A program made the translations under genes and the position numbers. DNA of 64,000 nt from assembly GCA_965219455.1 (NCBI GenBank), contig OZ244744.1, forward strand, positions 3,040,001 through 3,104,000, in the 5' to 3' direction. This document shows positions 56,280 to 64,000 of this stretch, one piece after another. The notes under the pieces are model-generated. The model made no database searches, had not been told where the DNA came from, and saw only the letters and a program-made list of their open reading frames with translations. How positions within the stretch are numbered: position 1 is the stretch's first letter; each line of letters opens with the position of its first letter. The stretch is from Candidatus Latescibacterota bacterium (GTDB taxonomy: Bacteria > Latescibacterota > UBA2968 > GCA-2709665).

Positions 56280-56879
56280 CTACTCCCTCGCTATTCGGGC
56301 TTGCTTTATTAAGGCGCCTTCAACGGCAGAGAGGTCAAATTTGAAGGTCCATTTATCCAGGTGTTTTACTACTTCTGAAGGGTGCTGGCCCGGTTTTCGT
56401 TTAGGGAGTTCCCGTAGAAATACATAGAGTGTACGAAATTCACCAGTCTTTAATTGCCGGAGCATAGGTTTCGAATCATGGGCCGAGAACAAGAGAAGAT
56501 TACGATTTTTGTAATATTCCGTAAAGGTACAAGGGAATATCCCCATTAATTCCGAACCATGCTTAGTATTTAACCGAAATACGACATCTTGAGTGAATTC
56601 ATTTTTCTGTTTGGGATTAACAAAACGGTCATATGGGTAATCAATAACAATGAAGGTAGGTGCGATAAGAAGTGTGCAATGAAGCGGATCTGCTTGATCC
56701 TTAGCGTCAAATCGATACCGAGAACCAATCTCACCCCGTTTTTCCAACAAAGTTACTTCTTCGAAAGGCGCACGTGTCCGAGTCATCGTCCAACCCGAAT
56801 CAAGTGTATCAGGAAGACTCGCCAATGCGTGATGATCAGCAAAAATCACTAGAAACAGCAATAGGATCAGGCGATACAT
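56280..56879 (-). CDS. Secreted hypothetical protein
   Basis: Signal peptide ending ALA; operon-like spacing; low GC. Confidence 0.75.
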   Translation of the reverse strand: MYRLILLLFLVIFADHHALASLPDTLDSGWTMTRTRAPFEEVTLLEKRGEIGSRYRFDAKDQADPLHCTLLIAPTFIVIDYPYDRFVNPKQKNEFTQDVVFRLNTKHGSELMGIFPCTFTEYYKNRNLLLFSAHDSKPMLRQLKTGEFRTLYVFLRELPKRKPGQHPSEVVKHLDKWTFKFDLSAVEGALIKQARIARE

Positions 56880-56910
56880 TTAGTCCACACCTATTCGGTG
56901 ATTGTGTCTT

Positions 56911-58347
56911 TCAAAACGGACAATAGCCCTGCTCAATAAAATGGTAGGAACGGACGGCCGCTTCTCGAACAGCTAATTCTGGATCATTCATAATCAGTTC
57001 TTTTAAAAGAGTCATTATTTCTTCACCACCGTAATATATAAACAAACTGACTATTTGCGCGCGGGTAGCATTATTTGAAGAACGAGCCGCCTGGAGCAAT
57101 GCCTCTCTTATCTGATTTCTTCGTTGCTCGCTAGGGGACCCGAGCAACCCATGGTGTACTATCCCTGTGCGAAGCATTTTAACTAGGGTTTGTTGGCGAT
57201 CAGGAAACTGATGTTGCAGGAGGATCTTTGTGATACTCTCAGTCACCTGCTCAGAAGAATGGTCTAACCACACACCAAATTCCTCTAGAAAAGTAACAAA
57301 ACGTTCGTCTGCCTGATCAACAATCATAGCGTAAAGCGCCCTACTTCGTACCGAATCAATCGCTGAGGATTTGAAAACAGAATAGCGAAGGTCGTGGGAT
57401 CTAGCTGAATCGATATAGTGATTTGTTATTTTCAATAATAATTGTCGATATGGCTCCGGCCACTGTTCTTGCGGCAAGGTGTTCAAGTTATCGATCAAGG
57501 TAAAGGCGATCCAAAAGTCCATCGGTACGCTCACGCGTTCCCAATCTTCCAGTTGTTGTAAGCGTGGGTATTTAATCTCTGCAAACCATTCTGACGCTTC
57601 TGGTATCACTTTTATAACATTCCAAGCCTTATTGCGTTCACGTAATCTTGGTGCATGTCTACTGACCGAATCTAATATCGCGAACATATGCCGGTCAGCC
57701 GAGTCTGAAAAATTACTTAGAGCTTCCAAGGCTGTTTCTTTAGCCCTTCCATTGCGAACTACGTGTAGCAATCCCTTCTTGATCTGTTCCCACTCTTTCC
57801 CTTCCTTTAATAGGAATGGTCCTTCTTTGAACATCTTTTTAAAGGTATTTATGGCATAGTATTGATAGTGCCAATTATTGTCGTGATACAAGGCTCTTGC
57901 AGTAGCCTCAACAGCACCTGCACCAATAGCGACTAAACCATCAATGCTTTTATTTGAACCATGGTGCAACCAACTTGCCAGAAAAGGCGCAAAACGAGCA
58001 TCTTCTTGTCTCCCAGCTAACGCTACAAACTCATATTCAAGCTCCATGTTTGTATCGTAGTCAGGTCTTCCTCGTTCTCCCCAATCTACTTCGCTAGGAT
58101 TCCTCTGCAAGGCGGTACGTATTTCATTATATTTTTCTAAAGTCTCCAGCAAAAAAACCCTGGCATGCTCCGGTAGGGGTGGCAAATATATACTCATTTG
58201 ATATAGTACGTCGTACACCGTGCTCGCGTTTCCATCTCCCAATGCTGTTCTCCACTCATGTACCTGTTCTTTGGATATAAGTTCATCCGCTTGTATCGTC
58301 AGCGGCGTGAGGCCCACAATAACAATAGCAAATACGGCAATTCGCAT
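56911..58347 (-). CDS. Secreted HEAT-repeat-like helical protein
   Basis: Signal peptide MRIAVFAIV...IQA; 'TRAQIV..', 'DPELAVREAAV'; internal repeat EDARFAPFL / ADERFVTFL. Confidence 0.7.
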   Translation of the reverse strand: MRIAVFAIVIVGLTPLTIQADELISKEQVHEWRTALGDGNASTVYDVLYQMSIYLPPLPEHARVFLLETLEKYNEIRTALQRNPSEVDWGERGRPDYDTNMELEYEFVALAGRQEDARFAPFLASWLHHGSNKSIDGLVAIGAGAVEATARALYHDNNWHYQYYAINTFKKMFKEGPFLLKEGKEWEQIKKGLLHVVRNGRAKETALEALSNFSDSADRHMFAILDSVSRHAPRLRERNKAWNVIKVIPEASEWFAEIKYPRLQQLEDWERVSVPMDFWIAFTLIDNLNTLPQEQWPEPYRQLLLKITNHYIDSARSHDLRYSVFKSSAIDSVRSRALYAMIVDQADERFVTFLEEFGVWLDHSSEQVTESITKILLQHQFPDRQQTLVKMLRTGIVHHGLLGSPSEQRRNQIREALLQAARSSNNATRAQIVSLFIYYGGEEIMTLLKELIMNDPELAVREAAVRSYHFIEQGYCPF

Positions 58348-58636
58348 CACACTATTCCCTGCGTTTAAAAGAGACCGGCAGGATAACGCCGAAAACGGGA
58401 GGCTTCGACTATTGGTTCTCCGGACACGGCTACTTACTGTCATAAATTCCAGGCTTACCAGTCTCACAGTAATCCTACGGAAGCCATTTTGCTCTGCTCT
58501 CCCTTTCCTTTAGGAGAGGGCTTCGAGGGGAGGAGGTTTAGCTGACGGCTGTTGGCTGAGTGCTGCCGTTGGGGTGCTTTTCGTCGGCTCGGTCAACGAT
58601 TCACAGGCTCCCTGCAAGGACTTCGCGGGGCCCCTC

Positions 58637-59292
58637 TCAATAAATGCCGGGAATAATCCGGTACTTCACCCGCGCCTGATATTCCGCCCACTTTTCGGGG
58701 CCGTATTTCTCGGCACAGCGCCTGTCGTCCTGAACCTGACGTATGGTGAACAACGTGACGATGAAGACAAAGTAGGTCCAGGCCCAGAGATTGGTGAAGT
58801 GGCCGAACACCAGGGCGATTGACAGGGAAAGAAACCCCTCGCCCAGGTAGTTGAAGTGGCGGGCGACACCCCATAGAACGCTGCACAGGATCTTGCGGTC
58901 ACCGGCCTCAATAGATTCAGGCTCGATGAGACCCAGAAACTTGCGCTCCGGCCATCGCTTGAACGTGTATTTCTGCATATTGGCGCCGCGCGAGATCCCC
59001 CACCCGACCAGAAACAGCGCAGGCGTTCCGATGAGCCAAAACTTCGACCACGCCGGCGAGAATCCGGGGTCCGGGTAAGCGGCCATGGCCCACAGCGCCA
59101 GGAGCGCATTCTTTATCCTGCCTTGCGGCTGGCTGAACACCGCTACGACTGTAAAGATAGTGGTGAAAACCGTTCCGCCGGCCACGGCATAGATCGATGA
59201 CCGGTAGAACCAGTCGCGCGTCAGCCCGGTGAGCTCGAACGCCCACACGATCAGCGCGATTGTAAATACCAGAATACCGTTCAGCCGTTAGT
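58637..59292 (-). pseudogene. ERG4/ERG24 (sterol reductase) family gene, 3' part
   Basis: RLNG, RGANMQK, LWGVARHFNYLGE, DDRRCAEKYG..W.EY..RVKYRIIPGIY. Confidence 0.88.
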
Positions 59293-61179
59293 CTCTAATT
59301 AAGCGGGTTTTTTGAGATTTTTATGTACAAAAGTACCGGAAAGACTTATCTTAGTTGGAGTTAGAAGTATCAGACAGTCTGTTGATACACCAACGAAGGG
59401 GGTCTTTCCGGTGAAGAGAATATCGGTAAAAGAAAGCCGCAGGAACAGTGTTAATTGTGGGCGCAAGGTACGTACTCGGCAAAAGCTTGGCGGTCGTTTT
59501 TGTGCACAAGGCAAGCCGATGTTTGGCAGCACCTATGTGCATTACGAGGTCAGCGCGCAAGCAGCAGCGATGAGCTGCGGTGGCATTGCGGCCGTGCATC
59601 GTCTGGTGACCAAATTGGGATTGGTCGAAGAGATAGACGAGAAGTTGAAGTTGTTGAAGGTTCATCTGCCGTATCATGAGTCGGATCACGTGTTGAACCT
59701 TGCCTACAACGTGATGTGCGGTGGCACGCGTCTGGAAGACATCGAGCGTTTGCGGCACGACGAGGCCTACATGAATGCGTTGAACGCGAAGCTGATCCCG
59801 GACCCGACGACTGCGGGCGACTTTACGCGTCGCTTCACGGAAGCTGACGTGATCGGGCTGATGGACTGCATTAACGCGGTACGGTCTAAGTTGTGGCGCA
59901 CGCGGGCCGCCAGTTTGCTTTCTTCGGTAGCGTACATCGACGTGGATGGCACAAGCGCCCCAACGTATGGGGAGAAGAAGGGCGGCATGGACATCTCCTA
60001 CAAGGGCGTGTGGGGGTATGCGCCCCTGATCGTATCGTTGGCCAATACCAAAGAGGTGCTGTATATCGTCAACCGTCCGGGCAACGCGTCTTCTCACCAG
60101 GGGGCCGCCCCCTGGATCGATGCGTCCATCCGGGTGGTGAAGCCCCACGCCAAGCGCGTGTGCCTACGCGGCGACACGGACTTTTCGCTTACGGCTCACC
60201 TCGATCGCTGGGCAAAGGACGTCGATTTCATCTTCGGGATGGACTGCAATGACGCCTTACGAACACGGGCCAAGGCCCTTGACGAAGCCAACTGGCAGCG
60301 CCTGCACCGACCTCACGCGCCCCAGAAAAGGCAGCGGCGCGACAATGAGAAGCAGCGTATCGTCAAGGCGCGGGGCTACCTCAAGCTGGCGCTGAACTTC
60401 GAAGACGTGGCCGAGTTTGACTACCAGCCCGGCAAGTGCAAACGCCCCTACCGCGTTGTGGCGCTGCGAAAAAACATCAGTAAGGCCAAAGGTGAGCAGA
60501 CCCTCTTCGACGAAATCCGCTATTTCTTCTACATCACCACGCGCGACGACCTGACGCCCGCCGAGGTCGTCTTTGCTGCCAACAAACGATGCGACCAGGA
60601 AAACGTCATCGAACAGCTCAAGAACGGCGTCAATGCCCTGCGCGTGCCCTTGTATGACTTGATCAGCAACTGGGCCTACATGGTCATCGCCGCGCTGGCC
60701 TGGAACATCAAGGCGTGGTTTGCCTTGATGATGCATCGAAAAAAACACCGCCGACACTATATCCGTATGGACTTCCGGACCTTCCTCTCACACATCATCC
60801 TTTTTCCCTGTCGTGTCGTGCGACACGCCCGAAGCACCACCGTGCGCATCATCGGCTATCAGCCGTCACTGAATAGACTCTTGAGCGCCTGGGCTACCAT
60901 CGAACGCACCGGCTTCACATGACACCCGCACGAACCGTCATCACATACCACGGGATCCACGACGCCCACGGCGACGTAACGGACAAATACGCCTACACCA
61001 CAACCAGACACCAACAACACACCCCTAACGCTGCGCTTTACCACACCAACTTACACTCCACAAACCTCAAAACGACCTCCCGCGCACCTCAATAGACAAC
61101 ACACATACGTCATTCAACCACAACGTCGCACAAATCTGCAATTCTGTTCACCAAACACCAATACTCGCTTATTTTAGGG
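59293..61179 (+). mobile_element. IS1380-family insertion sequence with a 5-bp TSD (TTAGT)
   Basis: Imperfect IRs CTCTAATTAAGCGGGT / (rc) CCCTAAAATAAGCGAGT; TTAGT at 59288-59292 and 61180-61184. Confidence 0.9.
59411..60922 (+). CDS. IS1380-family DDE transposase
   Basis: PYHESDHVL, PDPTT.GDF, IDVDGT, LRGDTDF, R..QEN.IEQLK, NWAYM. Confidence 0.93.
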   Translation: MKRISVKESRRNSVNCGRKVRTRQKLGGRFCAQGKPMFGSTYVHYEVSAQAAAMSCGGIAAVHRLVTKLGLVEEIDEKLKLLKVHLPYHESDHVLNLAYNVMCGGTRLEDIERLRHDEAYMNALNAKLIPDPTTAGDFTRRFTEADVIGLMDCINAVRSKLWRTRAASLLSSVAYIDVDGTSAPTYGEKKGGMDISYKGVWGYAPLIVSLANTKEVLYIVNRPGNASSHQGAAPWIDASIRVVKPHAKRVCLRGDTDFSLTAHLDRWAKDVDFIFGMDCNDALRTRAKALDEANWQRLHRPHAPQKRQRRDNEKQRIVKARGYLKLALNFEDVAEFDYQPGKCKRPYRVVALRKNISKAKGEQTLFDEIRYFFYITTRDDLTPAEVVFAANKRCDQENVIEQLKNGVNALRVPLYDLISNWAYMVIAALAWNIKAWFALMMHRKKHRRHYIRMDFRTFLSHIILFPCRVVRHARSTTVRIIGYQPSLNRLLSAWATIERTGFT

Positions 61180-61368
61180 TTAGTTGCGGGGCTCGCCGGT
61201 CTCCGGATTGATGACGTAGCCGGGAACCCGTTTTCCAGGCCGTATGAGCTGCGCCAGGAAAAACACGGCGAAGATCACGAGCGGGGTGAAATACCCCGCA
61301 ATCGCTTCCGTCCCTGAAAGTTCGAAAAGGTGGCCAATACCGAGCCATTCAATCATCGTCGAATGCAC
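61180..61368 (-). pseudogene. ERG4/ERG24 family gene, 5' part
   Basis: ...PGKRVPGYVINPETGEPRN joins in frame to RLNG once the IS is removed; GGAGG RBS. Confidence 0.85.
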
Positions 61369-61483
61369 CTTCCTCCAGTGACGGGGTCATTCTCGATGAT
61401 AGTCTCCATCAGCTTGCCGGAGGGGAGTCGACGGTGGTAAGTTCGCGGGCCGCCGGCCAACGCAAAGAGCAGTTTGGCCGTGT

Positions 61484-61957
61484 TTAACCGGACTCGCGCA
61501 GCGCCCTTAGCACCGCCGCGCCGTGCTCGGCGGGCCGGGCCCGTTTCCAAACCCTGGTCAGTATTCCATCGGGGCCAATGATGAAAGTCGACCGCGTCAT
61601 TCCCTGGAACCGACGACCATAGAGGACTTTCTCACCCCATGCGCCATAGCGCGTGGCGACGGTTGCTTCGTCATCTACCAGCAGGGGAAACGGCAGCCGT
61701 TGGCGTTCGCGGAAATCCCGGTGCGAATCGGCATCGTCTCTCGAAACACCGAGCACGATTGCACCCTCGGCCAGGATTTCGGCGTGATGATCCCGAAAAG
61801 AGCAGGCCTGAGTCGTACAACCCGGGGTCTCATCGCGCGGATAGAAGTAGAGGACGACCGTCCGGCCCCGGTATCCGGCCAGCGAATGGATGTTGCCGTC
61901 CTGGTCCGCGAGCGCGAATTCCGGGGCAACGTCGCCTGCCCCCAGCGTGATTGCCAT
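61484..61957 (-). CDS. bcp: Peroxiredoxin BCP/PrxQ
   Basis: LYFYPRDETPGCTTQAC.FRD, GVS.D, RSTFII. Confidence 0.95.
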   Translation of the reverse strand: MAITLGAGDVAPEFALADQDGNIHSLAGYRGRTVVLYFYPRDETPGCTTQACSFRDHHAEILAEGAIVLGVSRDDADSHRDFRERQRLPFPLLVDDEATVATRYGAWGEKVLYGRRFQGMTRSTFIIGPDGILTRVWKRARPAEHGAAVLRALRESG

Positions 61958-62126
61958 CGTGGTCCCTTCTTATACTACCTTCAACGAATATGCGCTGCAG
62001 GCCGAAGTGCGGCTTCGGGACGAATTGCTCTACGTCAATGACGCGTTGTCGACTGATGCCCTGCATTCCGCGCCTATCTCGGCTCCTCGGATGCTCGGAT
62101 GCCGCCGTGGCGAGCACCCGATGAGA

Positions 62127-64000
<1,874 letters not shown>

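Noticed and set aside
60923-61160. Strongly C/A-skewed non-coding stretch
   Set aside because: It lies inside the IS1380 boundaries as its 3' non-coding part; no repeat unit or ORF is evident.

Overview
A GC-rich bacterial window with many accessory genes and dense repeats. Dockerin-like EF-hand modules, a eukaryote-like LRR protein and sterol-enzyme homologues suggest a host-associated (possibly sponge) Latescibacterota-like organism; this is inference only. In order, it contains: the end of a Type I R-M operon (hsdM-hsdS-ORF-hsdR) with an embedded HEPN-motif gene and a coupled ADP-ribosylglycohydrolase; an intact trpS followed by a motif-degenerate TrpRS paralogue, each behind its own unannotated Trp-Trp leader-peptide attenuator; hemB; three paralogous lipoproteins around an LRR protein; a heparinase II/III; two Na+:solute symporters; a hydroxyacid-oxoacid transhydrogenase; a TetM/EF-G-like GTPase; two ABC systems; an enolase-superfamily dehydratase; transglutaminase-like, dipeptidase, GGT, steroid 5-alpha-reductase-like and SDR genes; a DUF3883 nuclease; a TolB-like propeller; a UGA-readthrough UGSC-type selenoprotein candidate with a SECIS-like hairpin; a PhyH dioxygenase; an AbiE-like pair whose toxin is frameshifted; low-GC secreted orphans; an ERG4/ERG24-type sterol reductase pseudogene split by an IS1380; bcp; and a partial katG. 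Intergenic DNA holds several modular MITE/REP-like repeat families. No rRNA, tRNA or CRISPR array was seen. The strongest candidates for an undescribed system are the serial two-attenuator trpS/pseudo-TrpRS locus, the selenoprotein variant, and the R-M + HEPN + ADP-ribosylhydrolase operon. All family calls come from motif recognition; no database search was run.
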